64,000 bases of DNA from NCBI GenBank assembly GCA_028821515.1, contig JAPPGA010000065.1:2870-66869 (forward strand). Reading direction: 5' to 3'. The notes beneath the pieces were generated by a model. That model was not told the origin of the DNA. It did not search any database and saw nothing but the letters and a program-made list of their open reading frames with translations. Positions within the stretch are counted from its first letter, which is position 1, and every line of letters starts with the position of its first letter. Source of the stretch: Gammaproteobacteria bacterium. GTDB taxonomy: Bacteria; Pseudomonadota; Gammaproteobacteria; Pseudomonadales; Azotimanducaceae. Below, piece by piece: positions 7,056 to 16,084 of this stretch. Position numbers and translations under genes: made by a program.

Positions 7056-8750
7056 TTGCCGGAACTCAGCCCAGGTCAGCCGCCACCGGATCACTACTAC
7101 GCGGACAACCTGATCGCGTTGGTCGAGGGGGTGCGGCAGCAGTACGGGGACATATTGACGGCGGAGGAGGCGGAGTTCGGGGAGGGCATCGTCGCGATGC
7201 CGGCGAACTCGCAGCGACTGCTGGCACGCCTGATGTCGCGCAAGGGTCCGCTGGTGCGCGTCGACTCGCTGAACTTTCGGGAGATTGACGATACCTCGGC
7301 CGCGCTGGGCTACCTCGTGGCGGAAGGGTTCGTGTCCCGGTGTCCGGAGGCGCCTGCGGCGGCGCTTGCCCGGCTGCTGACACGGGCGGAACTCGGGCAG
7401 TGTTTCGGCGATGCGCTGGCTCCCCGGAGCGAGTCGGCCGCAACGGATAACGGGTCGTGTTCGGGGGCTCCAGGCGCGGATTCCGGGCGCAGCGCTGGCG
7501 CGCCGCCGAGGCGGTCGGACGCTCGCAAGCGCGATTACCTGGAGTGGATCGAGCGCAGTCTCACCGACGCCGAGGTCCATCGGCGCGTCGAACGGGTCTT
7601 CCCCTGGGTTGCCCTGGATGGGGTGGAGCGGCTCGATCTCTACCGGCTGCTGTTTTTCGGGGACAGGCGGCGCGACCTCTCGACCTTCGTGCTGCGCGAC
7701 CTGGGTCTCTCACGGTATCCCGAGTACGAACTGGCCCGCGAACGGCGCCTGTTCGCCGATCGCGCCGCCCTCGACGCCTACCGGGCGCTGATTGGCCTCG
7801 GCGACTACATCGACGAACTGGGCGCGAGGCCGCCGGCGGATGCCGCGGTGCCGGCGCTCGAGGCACTGTGGCAGCCATTCGGGAACCGCCTCTTCGAGCG
7901 CCGCCGCAGCCGCATGCTGAACCGGCTTGGCCGGGGGCTCGAACGGGTCGGCGAGTTCGATGCGGCACTTGCCTGCTATGCGCGCTCCAGCATGCCGCCG
8001 GCGCGGGAGCGCAGGGTGAGAATCCTCAAGCGCCTATTGGACACCCATGCCGTGGAGCGGCTTCGCCGGCGGATGCGCGAACGCCCGATCTGTCCGCAGG
8101 AGGCGGATTTCGCCGCCCGCTTCGGAACCCGGCGAAGCCGGGCATGGCCCCGGGAGACCGTTGTGCTGGACGTGCCGGACATCGAGCGCGTCGAAGCGGC
8201 GGCGGCTGCGGTCCTGACCGCTGACGAAGGCTGCGCGTGGCACCTAGAGAACACGCTGCCCATGGGCCTCTTCGGTCTTGCCTACTGGGACTGGGTGTTC
8301 GCCCCCGTGGACGGCATGTTCGTCAACGCGTTCCAGACCGCCCCCATCGACCTCTTCTGGCCCGACTTCCTCGAAGCCCGGCGCGATCTTTGCCCGGATC
8401 CGCTCGACAGCGACGACGAGACGCTTCAGGCGTCGCTGCTCGAGACGTGCCGCACGCATCGGGGCGTGGCGAACCGGTTGGTCGACTGGGCCGTTTTCGA
8501 CGAGGACACGCTCTCCCGGCTGCTCGAGGGCTTAGGCGCGGACACCGTTCGCAAGCTCGTCGGCTTCGCGGGCGAGGACCTCGACAACGCACGGCGGGGC
8601 TTTCCGGACCTGACCGTCGTCTACGGTCCCGGCCGCTTCGAGTTCGTCGAGGTGAAGGGCCCGAACGACCGGCTGCGCGACGACCAGTACCTGTGGATCG
8701 AACGCCTGCGCGCGGCGGACTTGCCGGTCCGGGTCGCGCGATGCAGGTGA
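7056..8750 (+). CDS. FAN1-like nuclease with C-terminal VRR-NUC domain
   Basis: 564 aa with a TTG start. The N-terminus reads YYADNLIALVEGVRQQYGDILTAEE. The C-terminus GFPDLTVVYGPGRFEFVEVKGPNDRLRDDQYLWIERL is the VRR-NUC catalytic motif. Length and layout match bacterial FAN1 homologues. Confidence 0.85.
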   Translation: MPELSPGQPPPDHYYADNLIALVEGVRQQYGDILTAEEAEFGEGIVAMPANSQRLLARLMSRKGPLVRVDSLNFREIDDTSAALGYLVAEGFVSRCPEAPAAALARLLTRAELGQCFGDALAPRSESAATDNGSCSGAPGADSGRSAGAPPRRSDARKRDYLEWIERSLTDAEVHRRVERVFPWVALDGVERLDLYRLLFFGDRRRDLSTFVLRDLGLSRYPEYELARERRLFADRAALDAYRALIGLGDYIDELGARPPADAAVPALEALWQPFGNRLFERRRSRMLNRLGRGLERVGEFDAALACYARSSMPPARERRVRILKRLLDTHAVERLRRRMRERPICPQEADFAARFGTRRSRAWPRETVVLDVPDIERVEAAAAAVLTADEGCAWHLENTLPMGLFGLAYWDWVFAPVDGMFVNAFQTAPIDLFWPDFLEARRDLCPDPLDSDDETLQASLLETCRTHRGVANRLVDWAVFDEDTLSRLLEGLGADTVRKLVGFAGEDLDNARRGFPDLTVVYGPGRFEFVEVKGPNDRLRDDQYLWIERLRAADLPVRVARCR

Positions 8751-11230
8751 GCCAGGCAACCCGGCCAGCGGCGAGCGAGGCGACCGCCTCGGACACGGCG
8801 CCGACGATTTCCGCGACGGTGGCCGTCCGCGACCTGGCGGCCTTCGTGCATCAGCGCGGCGACATCCACTATCGCTACACGGCAAGCGCCACCGCCCAGG
8901 AGGGCATCAGTGCGCAGCGGCGGGCGCAACCGGAGCGAGAGGGCTATCGGCGGGAGGTGCCGGTAGAGGCGACGGCCACCCGAAATGGCGTCGAATTGCG
9001 CATCAGGGGCCGCATCGACGGAATCGACGACGGCGGGGGCCTGATCGAGGAGTACAAGACCACGCGTTCCGAGGTGCCAGCCCTGCACGGCCACATCGGC
9101 CATCTCCACATGGCCCAGCTAAAGTTGTACGCGGGCCTCGTGAACGCCATGGAAGCGCCGCCGGCGAGCCGCGACGCGTGGCGGCTGCGGCTGATCTACC
9201 TGCACCCGGACGACGGTACCGCCATGCCTTTCGAATCGGTGGATGGCCGGGACGAACTGGCGGAGTTCCTTGCCGACACGATCGCGGCCTACACCGCCTG
9301 GCTTGCCCGGACGGCGGCCCGGGTCGCGCGGCGCAACGCGCGCCTCGGCCAGCTGCAGTTCCCGTATCCGGAGTTCCGGGACAGCCAGCGGCGCCTCGCC
9401 CGGGGCGCCTACCGGGCGTTTCGCGACCGCGAGCAGTTGCTCGTGGAGGCGCCCACCGGCAGCGGCAAGACGGCGGCCACCGTCTACTCGGCGTTGCGCG
9501 CCATCGGCGAGGGGGTGCTTGACCGCGTCGTCTACCTGACGGCGCGCACCACCGGCAAGCAGTCGCCGACCGAAACCCTCAAGCGATGCGCGCTGGGAGA
9601 GCAGCAGGGGGAACACGAGGAAGAACCGACCGCCGCGGTCGTCCTCACGGCGAAACGGGACATCTGCTTCAACCCCGAGGAGCCGTGCGATCCGGCGCGC
9701 TGCCGATTTGCCAGCGGCTACTACGACCGCATGCGGCCGGCGCGCGACGCGCTGCTCGCGTCGGGCGTGGCGACCCGCGAAACCATCGAGGCCATTGCCA
9801 GGCAGCACACCGTCTGCCCGTTCGAAGTCAGCCTCGACGCCGCTGCCTGGGCCGATGTCGTGGTGTGCGACTACAACTACGTCTTCGACCCGGTGGTCAG
9901 ACTCGAGCGCCTCGCGGCGCCACCGTTCAGCCGGGTCGGCCTGCTGGTGGACGAGGCGCACCAGTTGGGCGATCGCGTGCGGGGAATGCTGAGCACGTCT
10001 CTCAAACGCGTGGCGGTGAAGCGCGCGCTCGCCGAAGCGCCGCCGCCGGACATTGCGCGGCGGCTTCGCGCCGTGGACCGCGCGCTGCTCAAGCTGCGCC
10101 GCGAGACGAGCGGCACCGAAAGCGGTGAACCCGCGGCAATCACCGGCCCGGTCGACACCAACTCGCAGTCCAGCAAAGTTGATACAGACGCGGCGTTCCG
10201 GATCGCGGAGCCGAAGGCCCTCCTGCGCGCAACCGAACGGTTGCTGGACGCCGCCTCACAAACCGATCTCGCGTCGTATCCCGCGACCAGCGAGTTCCTG
10301 TTCGACTGTTTTCGGGTCCAGGAGGGGCAGGGGTGGCGCGACGGCGAGAACTACTGCGACCTGCTCGTTACGGACCGCCGCAACATCGAAGCCCGGATGG
10401 TATGCCTGTCCCCTGCGCCGCACATCGACGCCGTGCTGCGCCGCTACAACGGCGCCGTGCGGTTCTCCGGCACCGTGTCACCGCTGCCGCTGTTCCAGGC
10501 CGTCCACGGGCAGGACGCGTCCGACGGCTCCCGCGCCGCCCGCGTCTGTCCCGAGTGGGGTTCGAACCTGGGGGTATTCGTCGTCGGCGACGTGTCGACC
10601 TACTACCGGGACCGCGCCGCCTCGAGGGACGCGCTTACCGGGGTGGTCGAGGCGGTGGTCGGCGCGGCGCCCGGCAACTACCTGGTCGCGTTCCCGTCGT
10701 TCGCGTATCTCGACCTGGTGGTCCCCCGGCTTGAGGGCGTGGCGGAGGTCGTCGCCCAGCGGCCCGGCATGACCGATGCGGAGAAACAGGCGTTCATCGG
10801 ACGGCTGTCGGAGCGGAACGTTGGGTCGACCGGAAACGGGGCTTCCCGCATGTCCGCGTCCCTCATCGGCGCCGCTGTGCTGGGTGGTATGTTCGCCGAG
10901 TCCGTGGACTTCGATGGCGGCGCCCTGAAGGGCGTGATCGTCGTCGGCGTCGGCCTCGCCCCGCGGTCGCTGGAGCGGGATCTCATCGGCGAGCGTTTCG
11001 GCGCGGACGGATTCGACGTCGCGTATCGCCAGCCGGGGATGACGCGCGTGGCGCAGGCGGCGGGACGCGCCGTGCGCGGCGTCGGTGACAGCGGCGTCGT
11101 GGTGCTGGTCGATCCACGCTTCACGCAAGTCCCCTGGAGCGCATTCTTCCCGCGGTACTGGCGCCCCGTCCCCGCCGGGAGCCGTGAAATCGGCGCAGCC
11201 GTCGCGTCTTTTTGGCGTGGCCGGTGGTAA
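8741..11230 (+). CDS. XPD/DinG-family Fe-S DNA helicase with N-terminal PD-(D/E)xK (Cas4/AddB-like) nuclease domain
   Basis: The start is taken at ATG 8741, overlapping the FAN1 stop as ATGCAGGTGA. Nuclease motif: RGRIDGIDDGGGLIEEYKT. Helicase motifs: EAPTGSGKTA and the DEAH box (LLVDEAHQL). Four-Cys cluster: CFNPEEPCDPARC...VCPF. The C-terminus reads QAAGRAVR. Confidence 0.85.
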   Translation: MQVSQATRPAASEATASDTAPTISATVAVRDLAAFVHQRGDIHYRYTASATAQEGISAQRRAQPEREGYRREVPVEATATRNGVELRIRGRIDGIDDGGGLIEEYKTTRSEVPALHGHIGHLHMAQLKLYAGLVNAMEAPPASRDAWRLRLIYLHPDDGTAMPFESVDGRDELAEFLADTIAAYTAWLARTAARVARRNARLGQLQFPYPEFRDSQRRLARGAYRAFRDREQLLVEAPTGSGKTAATVYSALRAIGEGVLDRVVYLTARTTGKQSPTETLKRCALGEQQGEHEEEPTAAVVLTAKRDICFNPEEPCDPARCRFASGYYDRMRPARDALLASGVATRETIEAIARQHTVCPFEVSLDAAAWADVVVCDYNYVFDPVVRLERLAAPPFSRVGLLVDEAHQLGDRVRGMLSTSLKRVAVKRALAEAPPPDIARRLRAVDRALLKLRRETSGTESGEPAAITGPVDTNSQSSKVDTDAAFRIAEPKALLRATERLLDAASQTDLASYPATSEFLFDCFRVQEGQGWRDGENYCDLLVTDRRNIEARMVCLSPAPHIDAVLRRYNGAVRFSGTVSPLPLFQAVHGQDASDGSRAARVCPEWGSNLGVFVVGDVSTYYRDRAASRDALTGVVEAVVGAAPGNYLVAFPSFAYLDLVVPRLEGVAEVVAQRPGMTDAEKQAFIGRLSERNVGSTGNGASRMSASLIGAAVLGGMFAESVDFDGGALKGVIVVGVGLAPRSLERDLIGERFGADGFDVAYRQPGMTRVAQAAGRAVRGVGDSGVVVLVDPRFTQVPWSAFFPRYWRPVPAGSREIGAAVASFWRGRW

Positions 11231-11239
11231 CCTCACGCC

Positions 11240-12664
11240 ATGCGCAGGCGCACCAAGATCATCTGCACCGTCGGTCCCGCGACCGCGGACTACCCGATGC
11301 TCGAACGCATGTATGCGGCGGGCATGGACATCGTGCGGCTCAACATGTCGCATTCCGACCACGTCGAAGCGCAGAAGATCATCACCTGGATCAAGACCCT
11401 GAACCGCAAGGTCAAGTACCCGGTGCCGCTGCTGCTCGACACCATGGGGCCGGAAATCCGCACCGGTGAACTCGATGCGCCGATGCGTCTCGAACCCGGC
11501 AAGGAGGTCTACCTGACCGTGGGCCCCGCCTCCGGGGAGGAGGACGGGAGCCCCTCGGAATGGCCGGCGGACGAGATCCACGTCAACTACCCGGAACTGC
11601 CGGAGGCGGTGGCCGTAGGCAATTCGGTGACGCTGGACAATGGCCTCATCAACCTCGAGGTGCTGCAGAAATCGGAGCGTGGGCTGCGCTGCCGGGTGAT
11701 CGATGGCGGCCACCTGGGCAGCCGCCGGCACATCAACCTGCCCGGCGTGCATGTCAACCTGCCGGCGATCGCCGGCAAGGACCGCGAGGACATCCTGTTC
11801 GGCATGGAGCACGACCTCGACTTCCTGGCGCTGTCGTTCGTGCGGACCGCCGACGACATCGCGGCGGCGAGGGAACTCCTCGGCAGCAAGACCCTCAAGA
11901 TCATCGCCAAGATCGAAGACCGGGAAGGCCTCGCCAACGTGGAGGAAATCACCCGTGCGGCGGACGGCGTGATGGTGGCCCGGGGCGATCTCGGCATCGA
12001 GGTTGATATCGCGGTGATGCCGAACATCCAGCGAAATCTCGTGCGGACCTGCGCGAGGCTCGGCAAACGCTGCGTCGTCGCGACGCATCTCCTCGAGTCG
12101 ATGATCGAGAACCCGATTCCGACGCGCGCGGAAGTGACCGACGTCGCCAACGCCATCTACGAGGGTGTCGACGCGATCATGCTCTCCGCCGAAACCAGCG
12201 TCGGGCGCCACCCGGTGCGCTGCGTGGCGCAACTGTCGCGCATCGCCGCCACCAGCGAGCAGTTTCCCGGGCTTGGATTCGCCGCCGACCTGATCGCGGA
12301 TACGGACAAGCACCACGTCGCCAAGGCGGCGGCGGGCCTGGCGGAGGCCATCGGCGCCGCCGGTATCGTGGTCATTACCCGGCGCGGAGTGATGGTCGAC
12401 CTGGTGACGAGTTGCCAGCCGCCCACGGTGCCGATCTTCGCTTTCTCGAACAACAGCCAGACGCGGCGGCGGCTGATGCTGAACCGGGGCGTGTTCTCGC
12501 ATCGCACCGCGTTCTCGACCGTGCCGGAGAAGACGATACAGACGGCGCTCAACGTGTTGCAGGAGCGGGAGGACATTCCCCCGGACGAGCGCGTCGTGGT
12601 GATCTCGGACGTGCTCGCCGAGAGGCGCGTCGACGCGATCCAGATTCGTACAGTGGGAGGCTAG
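11240..12664 (+). CDS. pyk: pyruvate kinase
   Basis: MRRRTKIICTVGPAT, MDIVRLNMSHS, MVARGDLGIE and MLSAETSVG. Confidence 0.95.
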   Translation: MRRRTKIICTVGPATADYPMLERMYAAGMDIVRLNMSHSDHVEAQKIITWIKTLNRKVKYPVPLLLDTMGPEIRTGELDAPMRLEPGKEVYLTVGPASGEEDGSPSEWPADEIHVNYPELPEAVAVGNSVTLDNGLINLEVLQKSERGLRCRVIDGGHLGSRRHINLPGVHVNLPAIAGKDREDILFGMEHDLDFLALSFVRTADDIAAARELLGSKTLKIIAKIEDREGLANVEEITRAADGVMVARGDLGIEVDIAVMPNIQRNLVRTCARLGKRCVVATHLLESMIENPIPTRAEVTDVANAIYEGVDAIMLSAETSVGRHPVRCVAQLSRIAATSEQFPGLGFAADLIADTDKHHVAKAAAGLAEAIGAAGIVVITRRGVMVDLVTSCQPPTVPIFAFSNNSQTRRRLMLNRGVFSHRTAFSTVPEKTIQTALNVLQEREDIPPDERVVVISDVLAERRVDAIQIRTVGG

Positions 12665-12794
12665 CGCCATGAAATCTATCGCCCTGACGGACAATATCTT
12701 TCACCCCCGCCCAAGCCCACGGTTGTGCCCATCCCACCCATCCCGCATCCCGTCGATCTTGCCGCCATAGGCGGCAAGTCCGACAGGCTGATAG
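12661..12794 (+). repeat. 134-bp repeated element, copy A, beginning on the pyk TAG stop
   Basis: About 96 percent identical (5 mismatches by hand alignment) to the reverse complement of 37446-37579. It starts with CTAG and ends with ATAG. It contains a C-rich tract (12704-12751) and the hairpin cttgccgcc-ata-ggcggcaag (12758-12778). Confidence 0.9.
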
Positions 12795-12810
12795 CTGCGG
12801 ACGAGGATCG

Positions 12811-13785
12811 ATGGCCATGCGCAGACTTCGCTTGATCGCAGGTAAACGCACACTGTCCCCGCTTCGCGGGAATCGCCTCTTCGCGTCCCTTGGCGTTCTG
12901 CTCTGGGCCGCCCCGGTATTGCTGGCTTCCGTCGCCGACGCCGCCGTGAGGCGCATCGAACTGTCCAACGGGGATGTCTACGAAGGCGAGGTGGTGAACG
13001 GGGTCAGAAGCGGATTCGGGACCTACATCACCGCCGCCGGCCACCGCTACACGGGGTATTTCGAGAACAACCGGATGCATGGCGAGGGGACCTTTCACTG
13101 GCCGGACGAGCGCGTCTTCGAGGGCGAGTTCGTCAACGGCCTGCGCAACGGCGAGGGCACCCTGACCTGGCCGGACGGCCGGGTATTCGAGGGCACCTTC
13201 GTCAATGACCGCCGGGAGGGGATGGGACGGCTCGAGTGGCCGAACGGAAACGTCTACACCGGCGAGTTCACGAACAACTCGATTACCGGACGGGGCACGC
13301 TCGTCATGGCCAACCAGGACGTCTACGCGGGCGAGTTCGTCGACGGCGAGCGGACCGGATGGGGCGAGCAGACGTGGCAGGACGGCAACCGCTACGTCGG
13401 GGAGTTCGACCGGAACCGGCGGTATGGCCTGGGCGCGTACTACTGGCGGGACGGGACCGTGTACCGGGGGCAGTTCGTGGACAACCGAATGCAGGGGTTC
13501 GGCGTCAAGTTCGCGCCGGACGGCGAGCGTTACTTCCAGCAATGGCTGGACGGCGAACTCGTGGACGAGACGCCGGTGGCGGCGAACCCGCGCTGCGCGC
13601 TGGTCCTGGACGAGGAGGCGTGGATGTTCGCGAGCGCGGACTGCATCAACGGTCTCGCCCACGGCGCCGGTATCGCGGTGCGCCTCGACGGCCAGGCGTA
13701 CGTGGACGGCGGACGATTCGTGCTCGGCAACATGGTTGCCGGCGAAATGCGCTGGCTCATCTCCCCCGGCGAGACGGGGCGGTAG
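12811..13785 (+). CDS. secreted MORN-repeat protein
   Basis: Signal-peptide-like N-terminus followed by about 11 units of Y.G.F..G...G.G (for example YEGEVVNGVRSGFGTY, YTGYFENNRMHGEGTF). Confidence 0.85.
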   Translation: MAMRRLRLIAGKRTLSPLRGNRLFASLGVLLWAAPVLLASVADAAVRRIELSNGDVYEGEVVNGVRSGFGTYITAAGHRYTGYFENNRMHGEGTFHWPDERVFEGEFVNGLRNGEGTLTWPDGRVFEGTFVNDRREGMGRLEWPNGNVYTGEFTNNSITGRGTLVMANQDVYAGEFVDGERTGWGEQTWQDGNRYVGEFDRNRRYGLGAYYWRDGTVYRGQFVDNRMQGFGVKFAPDGERYFQQWLDGELVDETPVAANPRCALVLDEEAWMFASADCINGLAHGAGIAVRLDGQAYVDGGRFVLGNMVAGEMRWLISPGETGR

Positions 13786-13800
13786 CACCAGGGGCACCAA

Positions 13801-16017
13801 GTGGAGATTCCCGGTTTCAGGATCCAGCGGGAGGTCGGCCGCGGCGCGGCGTCGATCGTGTATCTCGCGACCTGGGGAGACATGGGCCACGAGGTCGCGC
13901 TGAAGGTCGCCGTGGGCGAGGCGGCGCAGGACCCGGCGGTCCAGCGGCGCCTCGCGCATGAGTCCGAAGTTCTCGCCCGCATCGACCATCCGCACGTGGT
14001 CAAGGCATACGAGGCCGGTACCGGCATCTGCCCGTACATCGCGCTTCAGTACCTGGACGGCGGAGACCTGGTCGCCCGGATGGGCCGGGGCATGTCGCTG
14101 ACCGATGCCGTGGGCGTTGCGAAGCAGGTCGCCCTGGCGCTCGACGCCCTGGCAGGCCACGGCATCGTCCACCGCGACGTGAAGCCGGAGAACATCCTGT
14201 TCCGGGGCAGGGAAGAGGCGGTGCTGACGGATTTCGGCATCGCGGCCGAGGCGGGTGCGCAACCGTCGTCCGCGACGGTCCCCGGCACGTCCGCGTACAT
14301 GAGTCCGGAGCAGGCGGCCGGCGGTGCCGTGGACAGCCGGTCCGACCTCTACAGCCTGGGTGTCGTCTTCTACCTGATGCTGACGGGCGAGGCCCCTTCC
14401 GGGTCCGGGGACGGCGGTACCGCAACCCGGGGAGCTATCCGCCTGCCGGAGTCGGTCTCGGCGTACCGGGGCGTTCTCGCTCGATGGCTTCACAAGGACC
14501 CCGACGAGAGATTCCAGACCGGCGCCGAAGTGATCCGTGCGCTGGATGCGGTCGAGGTGCGGGACCCGGCGCCCATCGCGGCGGTGCGGATCGACCCCAT
14601 CGCAACCGGCGAGATTCAGGCCGTGGCGGGAGCGGCCTTCGCCGCGACGGCGGTTCGTGCGTCGATCCCGGGCCCACCGCGCCGCCGCGCGGCTTCCGTT
14701 GCCGTCGCGTCGATGGTGGTGGCCGCCATCGCGCTGGCGGGCTATTTCGGTGTTGCCGAGCGCGCGGCAATCGCGGACTTCCTCGCGCGCACGGGGTTGA
14801 CGGAGGATGTCGCCCTGACCTCGGCCTGGAAGTCCGCCGAGGCGCTGCGCCTCGATCCGAACCAGTCACTGGCGGCAATCGTGGCCGCCTATCGCCGCGT
14901 CCTCGACCGGGACCCGGCGCACGGGGGCGCGCTGGAGCGCATATCGACGGTTGCCGCGGCCTGGAAGCGCGACATCGATGCGGCGCTGGAGGCGGACGAC
15001 CTGGCGCTGGCGGACGCGAAGCTCAACGAGTCGCTGGGGGTCTTCCCACAGGATGCGGAACTCGCGAACCTGTTCGAGCAGTTGTCCGACCGCCGCCGCG
15101 CGGACACCATCATGCAGGACACCAACGCCCTGCTCGCGAGCCAGGGCATGTCGCACGAACCGTCGGCATCTTCCGCCACCCAGGCCTACCACGAGGTGCT
15201 GCAGCGCCTGCCCGATCACGCCGGGGCGCAGATGCGGCTGAACGAACTCGCGGGGCACTACGCGGGACTGGCGGAGCGCGCCGTGCTGGAGGGAGACGTC
15301 GCCGGTGCCATGGACAAGCTGGGCCGCGCGGTGGCTGCCAACCCGGACTATCAGGCGCTCGAGGGCGTGCGCGCGCAGATCGCCCAGGCCGCCACCGTGC
15401 AGGCGGAAATCGACGAACTCCTGAACAGGGCCAGCGCCTATCGGGCGGCCGCCGCGCTGGTCGATCCGCCGGAGGCGAACGCGGCGGAGATCTATCACCG
15501 CGTCCTGGCAACGGACGAAGACAATGCGATCGCCCGCCAGGGCCTGCTGGAGATCGCCGCCAGCGCCCTCGAGCAGTTCGGGGAGTTCCTTCGCGCAGGC
15601 AACCTCGACGCGGCCAAGCAACTCACCGACCGCGCCACGGTCGTGGGCCTGGGGGAGGTCCCGGTCAGCGAGATGCGCACCCGCTACGACGCCGAGATCG
15701 ACCGGCTCGAGACCGTCGCGCGCGTCCTCGCCGAGGCGCACGAACTGTTTGCCGACGGCTGGCTCACCCTGCCCGCGGATGGCGGCGTCGTCGCCAGGTT
15801 GCGTGAAGTGCTGCGGCTGGATCCGGACAACGGCGCGGCGGCGGAACTGTTGACCCGCACGGCGCAGCGTCTCGCGTCCGCCGCGAAGGACGCGCACGCG
15901 TTCAACCTGATGGACGATGCCCGCCTCTACCTGGACCTGGCCCTGACGGTCACCCCGGATGTCGACGAGTGGCGCGTGTTGCGCGAAGCGTGGGCGGCGT
16001 CCGCCGACACCGGCTGA
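13801..16017 (+). CDS. membrane Ser/Thr protein kinase with long C-terminal helical-repeat (TPR-like) domain
   Basis: Hanks kinase motifs: GRGAASIVYLA, VALK, HRDVKPENIL, DFG and SAYMSPEQ. A TM segment (VAVASMVVAAIALAGYFGV) is followed by ~400 aa of Ala/Leu-rich repeats. Confidence 0.9.
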   Translation: MEIPGFRIQREVGRGAASIVYLATWGDMGHEVALKVAVGEAAQDPAVQRRLAHESEVLARIDHPHVVKAYEAGTGICPYIALQYLDGGDLVARMGRGMSLTDAVGVAKQVALALDALAGHGIVHRDVKPENILFRGREEAVLTDFGIAAEAGAQPSSATVPGTSAYMSPEQAAGGAVDSRSDLYSLGVVFYLMLTGEAPSGSGDGGTATRGAIRLPESVSAYRGVLARWLHKDPDERFQTGAEVIRALDAVEVRDPAPIAAVRIDPIATGEIQAVAGAAFAATAVRASIPGPPRRRAASVAVASMVVAAIALAGYFGVAERAAIADFLARTGLTEDVALTSAWKSAEALRLDPNQSLAAIVAAYRRVLDRDPAHGGALERISTVAAAWKRDIDAALEADDLALADAKLNESLGVFPQDAELANLFEQLSDRRRADTIMQDTNALLASQGMSHEPSASSATQAYHEVLQRLPDHAGAQMRLNELAGHYAGLAERAVLEGDVAGAMDKLGRAVAANPDYQALEGVRAQIAQAATVQAEIDELLNRASAYRAAAALVDPPEANAAEIYHRVLATDEDNAIARQGLLEIAASALEQFGEFLRAGNLDAAKQLTDRATVVGLGEVPVSEMRTRYDAEIDRLETVARVLAEAHELFADGWLTLPADGGVVARLREVLRLDPDNGAAAELLTRTAQRLASAAKDAHAFNLMDDARLYLDLALTVTPDVDEWRVLREAWAASADTG

Positions 16018-16084
16018 TTCATTGACCGGCGCTGTCCCAACGGGAGCCCCGGATTCCGCGGCGCTTCGGGGGCGCCTGGTTCGC

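Noticed and set aside
8237-8740. N-terminal 168-codon extension of the helicase ORF (997-aa version)
   Set aside because: It lies entirely inside the FAN1-like coding region in another frame and is Arg/Pro-rich. The ATG at 8741 overlapping the FAN1 stop gives a sensible coupled start.
10555-10580. ggggttcgaacctgggggt resembling a tRNA T-arm
   Set aside because: It lies inside the helicase coding frame and no acceptor, D or anticodon arms can be folded around it.
10478-12694. 738-aa minus-strand ORF, and similar long ORFs at 12676-14493, 14866-16086, 30614-32305, 47662-48735 and 62197-63594
   Set aside because: These are classic GC-rich shadow ORFs. They are antisense to genes with unmistakable family signatures (pyk, helicase, kinase, murJ, ilvC, binding protein) and are Arg/Gly/Pro/His-rich with no recognisable motifs.
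12661-12794. The 134-bp repeat as protein-coding (both copies translate to ...AIDFMAL... / ...STGCGMGGMGTTVGLGGGE...) or as a plain intrinsic terminator
   Set aside because: The translated pieces are only the ends of shadow ORFs with no independent start or stop structure. The hairpin is not followed by a T-tract, so a simple terminator call is unsupported.
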